From Callorhinchus milii (Eukaryota), in NCBI RefSeq assembly GCF_018977255.1, contig NW_024704762.1, forward strand, positions 8,370,001 through 8,434,000: 64,000 nt of DNA, read 5' to 3'. The notes under the pieces were generated by a model. That model made no database searches and had not been told where the DNA came from. It worked only from the letters and a program-made list of their open reading frames with translations. Below, piece by piece: positions 13,620 to 25,830 of this stretch (position 1 is the first letter of the stretch; every line of letters begins with the position of its first letter). The position numbers and the translations under genes were made by a program.

Positions 13620-14098
13620 CTGGGAAAAATAGAGGCATGATGAGGATTAGAGATAAGGAGACACACACACACACACAGTGATCAGCATCAAAAAATGTGA
13701 TACGAAGCAAAACAGTCAGACCCAAAAAGCCAAACAGAAAGAGAAAAACGAATAAAGAGTAAAGAGAAGTAAGAGAGAACAGAGAGTGTTGGTTTAAACA
13801 ACTGAAAATATAACTTACAAATACCAGCATCTATCTGGCTTCTCTTAAAAATTGCTAACTTTATCCCAGAGGATAAATTACTATAAAAAATATGATGATT
13901 TATATACAGAGGCCAAGATATGCAGATTGCTTAAAAAAGAAGCGATTATTGTAGCCAAGAATTTAGAATGGGAAATCTAATAAGACTTCATAGAATAAAG
14001 GCTATTTGGATTGTTTGTATATAGAATAATGGATACTCACATTGAGAGATCCAGATGATTTAAATGTAACACAGGTACTAGAGTGTGATTGCACATTA

Positions 14099-14314
<216 letters not shown>

Positions 14315-14766
14315 TCAAGTGATTATTTCTCATGAATTGTGACCTACACTAAAAAAAAAACTTCTAATTTGTCACACGTAAGGCAAGTCAGCCCATTTGT
14401 TCCAGAAAGGCCAACGACAACAAGCAACGAATTACATTTGGATAGCGCCTTTCACGTCGGGAGGACACCGTTCTGTCCTTACACCTTCAAGCTGTTTAAG
14501 TGAATCAAGCATCCTGATCTCAACTGTCCTTTCTGGTTGACACTTAATTAAGATGCATCATGGAAACTATCAAACCTCATTTCATGGACAGTGCGCCTAG
14601 AAATTGTGCCATTACATCTGCTAATATCTCTGGGAATCGCCCACTTTCAGTTTAAAAAAAAACACAATAAAACTTTGAGCAAAAGGTCCCACTCAACGAC
14701 AGCAATGACACGGCGTCCCCCCACGGCAGAATAGCGTCCCAGAGCGCTTGCAGCTAAAGCGCTCAC

Positions 14767-14931
14767 CTGGAGTGCTGGTGTCAAGAGCAGGACATGTGTG
14801 GATTGTGCCACATCTGCACCATGGTGATTATTGTGGTAGGACACTTCGGCATGATAGTGGTCTTCAAGGGTGGTCAGATAAGTGAAGAATGTTTCCAAAG
14901 GAATATTAAAGGTCTTCAACAAGTCTCGCTC
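14767..14931 (-). CDS. PDE4C: PDE4 catalytic exon (165 bp) with YHN-x-x-H motif
   Basis: [55 protein letters not shown]; ctag acceptor, CAG|gtgagc donor. Confidence 0.95.
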
Positions 14932-15189
14932 CTAGAGGAAAAGAGGAGAAAGGAAAGAACTTCTGACTACATATACCTGTGCTATACCATGGTCCTTTTG
15001 TATTGCACATTTCTGAGCTGGTGCAATTATCAAATTTGTTGGAATATTTTTGTGGAAGTAGAAATAATTAGGAACGCAAGGTGAAATAAATTCTTACAGG
15101 ATGAGTGTGTGGTGGGAACAGTAGTGATTAAAAACTTGTGAATTCCAGGTCCACTTTTTTTTCACAAAGAAGAAAGCTCCTTAAATTAC

Positions 15190-15288
15190 CTGAAAAATTG
15201 CAAACATCGTGGCTGTTAGGGGCCTGCCTTCAGAATATTCACCCACTTTGAAGATATCCAGCCCCCAACTGTTGATATTTTCCAATTC
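15190..15288 (-). CDS. PDE4C: PDE4 exon at the start of the catalytic domain (99 bp)
   Basis: ELENINSWGLDIFKVGEYSEGRPLTATMFAIFQ; ctag acceptor, CAG|gtaatt donor. Confidence 0.93.
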
Positions 15289-15714
15289 CTAGAGACATAG
15301 AGGACATCAGCCAGAGTTAGTAACACATTAATCTAAGGAAGTGCACTGAACACTAATGTTATCGCAGTACTGAGAAAACTTTTCAAGCAAATGTGCAAGC
15401 TCTCTGAATCCCTCTGCCATTAGCCTGTTCTATACCCCACCTGAGTAGGTCTGATCTTGACACTGTGTTCCCAAAAATAAAAGCAAACATCCCATTTGCC
15501 AAAGCATCTGCATATTGCTAATCACAAATTGAAAAGCCTTGTATTTGTTAAGCAGAAGAATATTAAATCTAGATTAAATTGAACAAGTGATCCCTACATT
15601 GCCCACACAACACAAGTCAATCCACTTTACAGTATATCCTGTGAAGCGCTTTGAGACATCTCAACGACATGATAAGGCGCTATATCAAAAGAAAGGATTA
15701 TTATAACTACATAC

Positions 15715-15875
15715 TTTGGCCAGTTGGGCTTCCTTGGTGGTTCTTACACCGAAGCGTGGGATTTTGGAATTGGTCAGGGTCAAGCTGAGAGGCATTTTTT
15801 TCACAACGATCTGCGATAACGGCCACTTCTCCTCTTTTGATTGCATAGATGGCATTTCTACTTCATGCTGTTTGT
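15715..15875 (-). CDS. PDE4C: PDE4 exon: end of UCR2 and linker LR2 (161 bp)
   Basis: (D)[53 protein letters not shown]; ttttttcccaag acceptor, AAA|gtatgt donor. Confidence 0.9.
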
Positions 15876-16530
15876 CTTGGGAAAAAAAGACAGCATTATT
15901 TTTTTTTACGTCACAATATCTCTCTTGCAACAGGTCAGACCCGCAAGATTCCAAATCGGCATCAGGTCAAGTAGGTGAACGTCCTGTGTGACTTTCGGTC
16001 ACAAGTCAGAGCTGGTTACAGCTGGAGGATAGTTGGCTTCAGCACAGCGAGGCTTGAGGAGAGAAAATAAATCAGAGTGCTCTCTGCTGGTTGCAGTCCA
16101 GAGACCACTTCTATCGAGTGTACTTTGTGGCCAGCTGGGATGTGATCCTGGAGGATGCTTGTGGCCTGGAGTTTTAATTGGGGCTCAGTCTTGGGAAAAG
16201 GAACAGAAACTATAATAAAAGGCGTGTCATAAAATGACAACTGCGACCTTGTGAGGCCCTGTTTGGCTAGATTGTGTCGGGCGGAAAATACTTTAAATAA
16301 ATCACGGACCTCTCATAAATTACTGAGTATGTTCACATCACCTGCAATCAGGTCTTTGCCTGTGCCACACTTGATCCACTTGCCTAAGAGTGGGGACTTT
16401 TGCATCATTGCTGGGCTCCCAGAAGTGAAACAATAATTTCACTCAAATTGTATTAATGGGTTGTGCATTTACATCCAGGCACATTTCTGGGAAGGACTGA
16501 TGACCCATATTCAAATGGGGTTTCACTCAC

Positions 16531-16624
16531 CTAAAAAAGTGCTTGATATGAACTCTGAAACCTGGTTTCCTGAACGACTTGTTTCTGATAATTGTGTTAA
16601 TTCTCGATTCAGCATCCTTTTGAA
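16531..16624 (-). CDS. PDE4C: PDE4 UCR2 second-half exon (94 bp); entry point for super-short isoforms
   Basis: [31 protein letters not shown]; ccgcag acceptor, G|gtgagt donor. Confidence 0.95.
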
Positions 16625-17592
16625 CTGCGGAAAGAAAATACTGTCAATGAATGTGAGCCAGGAACAGCAAAGGGTTGGAGGACTCATCAATTGTAGAGAT
16701 GCTTCGAACACATGGAAAGAGAATCAGGCCACAGAGAGATTGCCACAGCATTTAAATTTTTGAATATTTTTTAAACTTGAGGCAAAAAACCTGATCATTG
16801 GGAAAATCCTAATAAATTAATTGATGAATCTGACCAAAGCTTAGAAACCCAGCAGTCCAAACTGCTTCACATCCACTCTCACCGTACAGAACTTCAAAAG
16901 GGAAATGTACAAAATCCCTTCCGATTAATTGTATTGAATCCTAATACATGAACCTTTCCACTATTTACCGAGTCTTAGCAAAAAACTATTGGATATCTCA
17001 CTGAAAGGGTTCACGCAGTTTCAATATGTTTAAAAGGCTTTGCAATCAGATTCGCTTTCCTAACGTTTCTCAAGATTGACAGCTCTATGTGGACACATAG
17101 TATTGTCTCAAGCCCTACAGTACAAGATAGAAGCAAGTACTTCCTTTTAAACGGCTTTGTACTGAATATGTATATGTGGCTGACACTGAAACTCACACAA
17201 GTTATATAATTCCAGACAGGAGCAAATTGTTCCCCTTTATCTGCTGTGCATTGTACATGTACAGGAGCTGACATAGAAACATCCCACGCAGTACCAGATG
17301 TGACTTCTCATCTTTCTCAGTGCGTGCTGTAGGTCAGTACCTAAACCGAAGAGAATGATGCCCAAGTGCTCTGTGAAAAGTCTACCTTTTAATTAACGAA
17401 CGATCCGAACACAAAAAAAGATGATTTCGATACCGGTTGAAATGGACAAACACAAGAAATAAAAGTTGCTTCACAGATCGATCGACAGCATTTTTACTCC
17501 AACCAAATTCGGGGTTCAAGGGCACGAACAGGTCACGATTTTCTTTTTGGAAAAGCGTCCCACTTGCTTAGCGCCCTGCTCAATCCACATAC

Positions 17593-17640
17593 CTTAATAT
17601 AACCCCAAGAAACAGTCCGTAAATAGTTCACTTCAGGCAT
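17593..17640 (-). CDS. PDE4C: Alternative first coding exon of a super-short PDE4 isoform (PDE4D6/PDE4B5-type)
   Basis: ATG at 17640 encodes MPEVNYLRTVSWGYIK; phase-0 AAG|gtatgt donor joins [12 protein letters not shown]4D6/B5 begin MPEANYLLSVSWGYIK. Confidence 0.9.
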
Positions 17641-18274
17641 TGCAATAACACTCTCTGTTACCAGCCCGAGAAAAGAAAACCAAGGCACGAGGATCCCTGC
17701 AAATCCCTGGAAAACGTACTGCTGCAATGAGAGAGATCTGGATAGCAGACCTTGACCAGGGAGGTGGGGGGGGGGGGGTGGGGGAGAAAAATCCACTCTG
17801 CAGGAAAAGATCTTAAAGGTTTAAAGAAAAAAGAAATAAAACAGACAGCTCCACGTTCCAAACTGTGGCAACGGCGTCCGAAAATCAGCGCAGAGTGATA
17901 GAGCCAGAGCCTGAACCTGCCAGGAGGTGCCAAACTCCCCGTGATGTAAATGCGTTATGAACGTATGGCTGGGAGGGAGGTGGCTACTTCAAAGGGATGA
18001 TGCTTATTCATGTATTAATAGAAATCAACACACAGCAGGTCGTTCTCCCGAAACTACAGAACAGGAGACGAAGGACCAATAAATTATACCCAGCAATAGG
18101 GGCAGGACCATGTTTGCCAGTTTCCATTGGTTGCGGAACAACACAACGACACCAGCTCACTGAGCTAAGCTGTCTGCTTCCTCACCCTTCCCAGTGCCAA
18201 TCTCGCTCTAACGGTTAAGAAGATGGCTTGGATTTATTAAGATTTATGATTTCTGGCCGATTCTCCAGATTCCA

Positions 18275-18390
18275 TCCTCGGCCCCAAAGTCTACAGTCAG
18301 TTCACTTGACAGTGTATCCCGTGAAGCGCTTTGAGACGTCTCGAAGACGTGATAAGGCGCTATATCAAGTGCAAGGATTATTATTAGTAG
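18275..18390 (+). mobile_element. SINE 3' fragment
   Basis: gtgaagcgctttgagacgtctcgaagacgtgataaggcgctatatc. Confidence 0.8.
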
Positions 18391-19540
18391 TAAGTCTTCA
18401 CACTGAAAATGGACTCTATAGTTACTTAGAAAATACAGTAACATATTTGGAAATATAGAGGGTTTATCAGACATGAACTGTTTTGGTGGTGGGAGTGGGG
18501 GGGGTGTCTCTGTGACATACTATATCAGTATCTAAAAATCCTGCAATAGGGAGCCCATGATTCCTTCTCTTCCATTGTAAAATGAGAAGGGAGGATGGTG
18601 ATCTGAGGTCTGCTGTGCGTGGAAGGAGATCACAGTATTGACGCCAATAGGAGAGACTCAAACTATGGCCACTGTCTCCCTGACTATCACTTCCTTGGTG
18701 TAGTCGGTCGAATGATCCAAGGAGGTCAAATGGGAGAAGTAAAACAAAATGAGAAAAACATACTTTGAGGGCAGTTTTGTGTCTTGAAGATATGCTTTGC
18801 TTAAAAGGTAGGAAGTTTACTTGAGAATTGTACTCATTACAAAGGATGAGAATTGCAGATTGCAATCTCATTGCCCTGATACAATACGTGGAAACATCTA
18901 ACCACAAAGTCAATTGAGCGAGTTTAGATTAAAGTCTAGAAATGAGTTTCCTGAGCAGCCTGGTGGTGGGGCTGTAGACTATGTCATGGAAGTGGTATTC
19001 AATTGCACTGGTTATTTATTACCAGTGCAATTTTAAGTGTATAAATAACATGACATTTACAATGTAGAATGAAATTCTACTTTTGAAATTCCATTTCAGT
19101 GATTTCCAATTGCACAGAGACAAACCTCTACATTTGATGTTTGGCTCACATCAGAGAGACCTAATCTTAAAGATGGAACCACAACGACAGTAAGAAATTA
19201 CATTTGTATAGCGCCTTTCACGTCAGGAGGACATATCAAGCTGCTGAAAACCAATTAGGTGTGAGATGAGATATTTTCGGCCACAAAATACACAGCCAAT
19301 CCACTTTATAATATATCCTCTGCAGCGCTTCAAAATGTCTCAATGATGTGTAAAAGCGCTATACCAAATGCAAGGATTATTATTATTATTATTATTGTGA
19401 GAATGTGGAATACTTTGATCCAGAAGGCCGAAAGGCAGAATCAAGTGGGTGTTTAAAAGAGATTATTGGAAAGTAAAATCATTAAAGATTAAGGAGAAAA
19501 GCAATATTTTTTCAGATTAACGGGTCTGCTTTGATGTAAT

Positions 19541-19822
19541 TAATAATCCTTGCATTTGATATAGCGCCTTATCCTGTCTTCTAGACGTTTCAAAGCACTT
19601 CACTGAATATACTGTAAAGTGTATTGATTGTATATTTGTGGGCGAAACACAGCAGCCAATTGTCCCACAAACAGCCGTGGATTGAGTGACCAAATTACTA
19701 TTTATTTATTTTTTCTTGAGGGATTATTATCAGACGTGTGGAGTAAGGAAACCTGCTGGGAATCGAACCCAGGCATCTCGCTTACGAAGGCGAGTGCTCT
19801 AACCACTGAACTACAGGACTCC
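19541..19822 (-). mobile_element. Same SINE family with tRNA head, internally deleted, inserted in a CR1 3' end
   Basis: Reverse complement reads ggagtcctgtagttcagtggttagagcactcgc...gggttcgattccc...aaatgcaaggattatta. Confidence 0.85.
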
Positions 19823-22385
19823 ATTAAATAGCAGAACAGGCATAATGGGCTGAATGGTCTCCTCCTGTCACTATGAATGCGTGTGAATTTTGGAGGAATT
19901 TGGGGAAAAACGCATAGTCACTACACTTTGCAGTGTGTCCTGTGAAGCACTTTGGGACGTCTTGAAGACGTGGTAGGGCGTTATATCAAATACAAGGATT
20001 ATTATTATTATTATATAGAAAATTGCGGACACTAAAAATAAACAGAAAAATACCAATCTGGAAATAAAATGCATCCCTATCGGACCAATTCATCAAATGG
20101 TAGGAAAATGATGCATTTTTTCCCCCCGTCTCAGTCACAAAATATGACTGACCTTGCTCCTCAACGGAAGATGCGTTTGAAATCAAGAGACAAACAACGT
20201 CAGGGAAAGCTGGACTGTCCCCAAGTGCGTGACAGGCTTCCCTTGGGACGAAGGGGAAATTAAATAAGTGCAGTTTGTGTAAATAAAAACAAGAGGGCCT
20301 ATTCCAGGTTGGTACATTCCCACATTCACGGTATGTTTTGCAGTGCTTTGCCACAACTTTCCCTCCTTCCTGCTCCCTCCCTCCCTCTCTCCCTCCCTCC
20401 TAACTTCACTGTTCAAATCAAGATTCATCCCATTCCTCTAACGCAGTTCTTTCCCAGGATCTCAAGACTGTGGAACCCCACCTCCTTCAATCTGCAGGCT
20501 TCTAGACCTAAGTGGGGTAAAATTTAAGCTTAAATGTGAGCCCTCCAGGACACTACCCCATGTGAAGGGCACTATACCAATAAACAAAATTTTGAAGAGA
20601 TAAATCCCGAAGAGCTTTGGCGTTTTGAGGCTGTGCAGTTTATATAGTGGGGTTGAAAATATGACATTACCGAAAGTACTTCAGACCATACAGTGACTCT
20701 CAGGAGGAACGTGGACCTATTATTGACTGGAGATTGCTAAGAGGAGACTTCTCTCAGCTCAGCATCATGTAGGTGAGGGTTCCCTGCAGGAGTTAAGACT
20801 TCACATCACGACGCACTTTCAGGCATCATTCTCATTTCCACTTTTAAATGAGAAAATTTTAAATTCCACCTTGAGCACATTTCCAATCCCAGTCTCACGC
20901 AATGTATAAGCTAGTGGAAACTACTTTACATCGCTTTACATTACTTTGCACAGCAATTATTCTCCAGCCCACGAGAACTAGACCACAAAATGTAGCAATT
21001 TCCTATAAAATTATTCAAAACCACGTGAAATTAGTTTACAACGGATAACCAAAATAACCCACATTTGACCTCAGTACCTAATTCACCGCAGCACGACCTG
21101 ACCGCATTGAGTTACACCGACATTGTTGCACCATGATGTATATTATCACAGCAGGGATCAGTGTATGTGCACTTACATATGTGCCCAGTACTCTGCTAAC
21201 TTGAGTTCAAATGCTGGTGAAACGGTTTATAATTCATGAAAGGTGCAACCGTGTTTTAATCTGATAAAGATGAGAGCTCCTCCACCAGTTAAGTTATTAA
21301 AGCTATTGTCGGAATCTAGGAATAGAAGGATAACGTGCCTCCAAACAAAAAAAAAATTGCTCTTTACAGTAAATTCTGCAAAGCACTTTGAGACCTCCTC
21401 CTGACTCGAATGGCGCTGTATCAAGGTCAAACATGATTATTATAATTCAATTGGGGCTCCTGCTCCCGATTGGGCATCCCCTTGCCCCCTCTCTCTCTAG
21501 AACGTATCCGTATCTGGATATTGGGTGATAGCAGGCTCGACTCTCCCACTCTCCCAGGCACATAGCCTGACACTGTGTAGATCACGCAAAGAGTGGACAT
21601 TCGACATAGAGAGCACTGACTGGGTGACTGAGGAAATGTACTCGAGCAATAATCTGTGCCTTCATAGGCAGTGTTTTTTTTTTAGCCCCGGTGGTTATTA
21701 GTGAACAGGTGGAGTCTAATATGCGCTTTACTCTGAAAAGGCAGAATGTTCAGTTTTCCTGCTGTATCTCAAACCATTGCTGAACAATCTGCTTTTGAAT
21801 GATACGAGACAAAGGCTCCCGTGGGAGAGAGGCACAGTGTGAACTTCACAGATTTCCATGAGATTGTGAAAAGCTGGAAAGAGGAAGACTATAACATGCC
21901 CATCGCTATCTCTTTTCACTCAGTATGTAGGAACGTGAATTGAGGAATCCTCACAATCTGGGGGTGGGGGGGAGGCTGGGGGGGAGAAATGGGAAAAAAA
22001 GAATGGGTACGAGTTAAACAATCCGTTTCAACAGCCTCTCACAACACAGATATCTTCAAATGAGGTTATTCCAACGTGGATTATGTCAGTCCTTCTCCCT
22101 CCCTCTCCCCACCGCATTGCTAACGGCTAAGGTTTGAATGCCAATGTGCCCCTTTCCACTGTGAGCAATCATATCTGATGCGAGATAGACTCTGCTGCGA
22201 AACAGTTTTCAATGCTGCGCTCCCTCTTTTGTTACAGACAGCAACTACCTTGGCGTCACCACCCAGGCTATTTCATGTCATCAGTGCCAAAGCAGTGTTC
22301 CCACAAGGTAAAGTTAAGGCAGTAAATGAGCTGTGGAAAGGGAATTCCTTCCGTACCCTGCAAGCAGAAAGGCCCATGAGCTTAC

Positions 22386-22498
22386 CTTAGTGGAGGCCAT
22401 CTCACTGACAGAATGCCTGGTTTGCAAGGTCTCCAGCTGGTCTAAACACCAGTCAAGTTCCTCCAGCGTCTCGATGGCCAGTTTCTGATAGTTCTCCT
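22386..22498 (-). CDS. PDE4C: PDE4 UCR2 first-half exon (113 bp)
   Basis: (E)[37 protein letters not shown]; cctcag acceptor, AAG|gtaagc donor. Confidence 0.95.
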
Positions 22499-23599
22499 CT
22501 GAGGACAGACAGACAGACATTCAGATCTCTGATCACCTGCACCTGCATTGCCCACGGCTCTAACACAGGGCAGATTTGGAATACACTCAAGGAACCCCCT
22601 TCATCAGCTTTCAATTCGGAGCATTCAGAGATTCCACTCATCGGTTCCCACTTTCAAACAGAAGAAAGAAAACCTCTGTGGCCTTTCCTGAGCTGGATGT
22701 ACAATTTATCAAAGCATCCGACTTCTTTACTTCTTTCCAGTGATTTGAACGAGCCGGTTACAAGTGGAGAAAAAGTGTCGTTTTTATATTCTGTGTTTCC
22801 TATACGAGCAAAGCTTTCACCAGCTCGATTGAATTCTTCGGATGGCTTTTTCAAACAGTCGGATTATTATTATCATTTTTTTTTAACAAAAAGAAGATCT
22901 TCACGTCGAGGTTCAGCTATTACGAGTTGACGTTGTTCAGATCGACAAACAGCACAACCTACATCCCGGTGCCTTGCTGTGGGTCAGCATGGAAACTGAA
23001 GACAGGCAGCGAAAGGAAGAGAGGCATTTTGATCGACTTTCAGCAAAGCCCCTCCAGAAAAAGTGTAAAATAAAACAGCATTTGGAAAGATATAGCCAAA
23101 AAGGACAATAGCATTTCTTCAAGCGCACAACGTCGCGATTCCAGTCTTGCTGAAGTAAGTCAAAGGTTGTAACACATTCTGACAGACTGATTCGGGGGGA
23201 GTTGGGGGGGGGGGGTCAGAAACCCTGGAGGAACCCGGTGACTGAATGGGAAGTTGATCTAACCAGACTCTCAGGAAGATACCTACAGACTTGTGCTCTG
23301 GCTTGGGCACACAGCCTGCGGCAGGGAAACGCTCATTGTGAATGAGGGACTTACTGGAAATTCTGTCATGGAGTTGAGCGACGAGGATCTGGCCATTTAC
23401 ACAATAAAAACTTTCAGACTGGAAGATCGAGGAGGCAGGGGTTGTCTGACACACACTGTTCACTGATACCAGCAGCATTTTTTTTGTTCCAAGTCCGACT
23501 TGAAGCTTCAGCCAAATATAAATGGGCACATTAGTGAGCAATGTGTGTTATAGCTCAATGAATGAAGACGAGACTTAAAAAATAAGCTCTATTTTACCC

Positions 23600-24110
23600 A
23601 ATATTCCTTGAATTTGTTACAGCGCTTTATCAAGTCCCCGAGGTGTCTCAAAGCGCTTCATAAAAAATATACTGTAAAGTGGATTGACTGTATTTTGTGG
23701 GTGAAACGCTGCAGCCAGTTTGAGACAAACCTGAATTGCTAGGACAGGTACCAAGCTGCAGGGATATTATATCAAATCAGCAAATCACAAAATATTCAAT
23801 GCCTGTGGTCTGAAAAACTTCTCAATCAGAAACTGATCGAGGGATTCAAGAAGAGATGGACAGATACTTGGAAAGTAGAAATGTTGAAAGATGTGGTGAG
23901 GTTGCAGGTAAGTGGGATTGACAAGGTTGTTTCGCTCACAAAATATACAGTCAATTCGCTTTACAGTATAGTCTGTGAAGCGCTTTGAGACGCCTCGAAG
24001 ACGTGATAAGGCGCCATATCAAATACAAGGATTATTATTGTTGTAGTCTGCAGTGCTATGGAATGATCCATGGAGTGCGCTTGATGGGGTGAATGATCTT
24101 CTGTTTTTCA
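23600..24110. mobile_element. Inverted SINE fragments with a CR1 3' remnant
   Basis: - SINE at about 23600-23725, + SINE at about 23930-24045, CR1-like flanks. Confidence 0.7.
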
Positions 24111-24349
24111 ATTCATATCTAATCCTATATAATACTGATTATCACTTCCCACGGGTGCTGTATTATGGAGTGCTGGCGAGCATTTAATAAAAGTTACTGA
24201 AGCCTCACCACAAGCACAGAAATGGGTTAAACTGATTCAAAAGTTGCCTGCGAAAGCTGCCTGGGCAGGCAAGGAGAGAAAAGCAAAGTGCTTGGGAGCA
24301 AAGAGTCTGCTCCGATGGCTGAACCTGACATTTTTATTAATGGCCCGAC

Positions 24350-24357
24350 TGACGTCA
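24350..24357. promoter_or_regulatory. Perfect CRE palindrome in the intron where PDE4 short-form promoters lie
   Basis: TGACGTCA about 1.85 kb upstream of the UCR2 exon. Confidence 0.5.
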
Positions 24358-24759
24358 ATAGCATGCTTAGCATACTCACTGCGGCATGAGAGGCAGCCCT
24401 CTCTGGGCTCCCCAGGTACATGCCAGATGGCACGAGGAAAATCCCGGCACAGAGTCTTGGCTCGGGGGGGTGGGGGGTGGTGGGGGGGGGGGGGGAAGGA
24501 GGGAGCAAGTAGTGAAGTGAAGTACTCTAGTGAAGTAGTATTTCAGAAATGTCCAGAATTTGGCAAATTGCTGAATTCAGTGCTAACTATGAAACCGGAT
24601 TGGTGTAGTTCTTCCAGGAAGCTTACAGCTTACTTACAGCAAAACTGTGAAGCGTTCTGAGACATTTTTAACGTAAGAGGCTTTATCAAGTGCGAGGATT
24701 ATTCTATATTATTGATAAATGCGAAATCTCGATTAGCAGATTTCGCATTTACCAATATT

Positions 24760-25025
24760 GCAGGCCGTTTAAGAGTGAAATCAGGAAGCATTTTTTCACT
24801 CAAAGGAAATCTGGAATTCTCTTCCCCAAAAGGCCGTGGATCCCGGATCCATCCACACCTTCAAGAGTGAGGTTGATAGATTGTTGGTAGGTCAGGTTAT
24901 TAAGCGATATGAGGAGAAAGCAGTAAATTGGAATTGAAAGGATTAGTTGAGGCAGATCAGCCAAGATCTAATTAATTGGGGGAACAGGCTTGAAGGGCTG
25001 AACGGCCTCCTCCTGCTCCTATGTA
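24760..25025 (+). mobile_element. CR1-clade LINE 3' end
   Basis: RPFKSEIRKHFFTQR...WNSLP-like ORF2 tail followed by gatcagccaagatct...gggctgaacggcctcctcctgctcctatg 3' UTR. Confidence 0.8.
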
Positions 25026-25393
25026 GCGGTTAGCATAAATTGGACGTGAATTGGCGTTGATAACTCGTTTGCCATCTGGTGAAATAAACAGGGAATGGGT
25101 TAAGCGATTCAAAAAGGAATTGAACAAGCTACAGGATTCCCTCAAGCCGAGATGAATAGCCTTTTCCCGTTTCCTATGTGCTTATTTGAACACCTCTTTT
25201 CTTGTGTCTCCTGCTCTTCCCCTGAGATGCTGTTTCTTGCTGAGATACAATTTGAGTGCCCCTGCCGTTTCCAGCATCTCACCTAAGCCCATTTTGTATC
25301 CATGAGCCTGATAAGCTGAGTGTGCTCTCAGGGATAGGCACAGGAACAGGGTATCTGATACAGTACGCAATCTGCTATGGAGAAAACACTCAC

Positions 25394-25443
25394 CTGACAC
25401 GTTTGCCCAGCAGTTTGAGCTTTGGTTGCATCCTGACGATCTT
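25394..25443 (-). CDS. PDE4C: PDE4 LR1 linker exon (50 bp)
   Basis: tttttcag|A AGA TCG TCA GGA TGC AAC CAA...GTG TCA G|gtgagt; phases 2 and 1 fit the neighbouring exons. Confidence 0.88.
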
Positions 25444-25756
25444 CTGAAAAAAAAACAGAACCAAAATACAACATGGATTTAGGTAAGCAACGGGTCCCTT
25501 CAGGGAGAGAGTGTATATTCCATCCCCTTCTCTGTCCAAAATGTATCCAAATCCACTAAATCTTTAGGTGCTGAACTATGCGGAAGCGCCATTTACAAAC
25601 AGTTCCACCTCCTAGCACAAAACGGATTTGTATCCTTACAAATTCCCGCGTAACTTTTCATAAGGGACAAGACAAGAGCACTTGCTGCTCCATTGCAACG
25701 CACCTCTTGAATTAAACCCGATTGTCCGGTGGGAAACAGTATTATTGAAGGCTTAC

Positions 25757-25830
25757 CTGTTCGGCGTCTTCTCTTGTAAATTTGTCAACGCCGCAAAGTT
25801 GTTCCTTACAGTCCGTAAACTTGCCAGCAC
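25757..25830 (-). CDS. PDE4C: PDE4 UCR1 end exon (74 bp)
   Basis: VLASLRTVRNNFAALTNLQEKTPN(R); ctgtag acceptor, AG|gtaagc donor. Confidence 0.93.
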
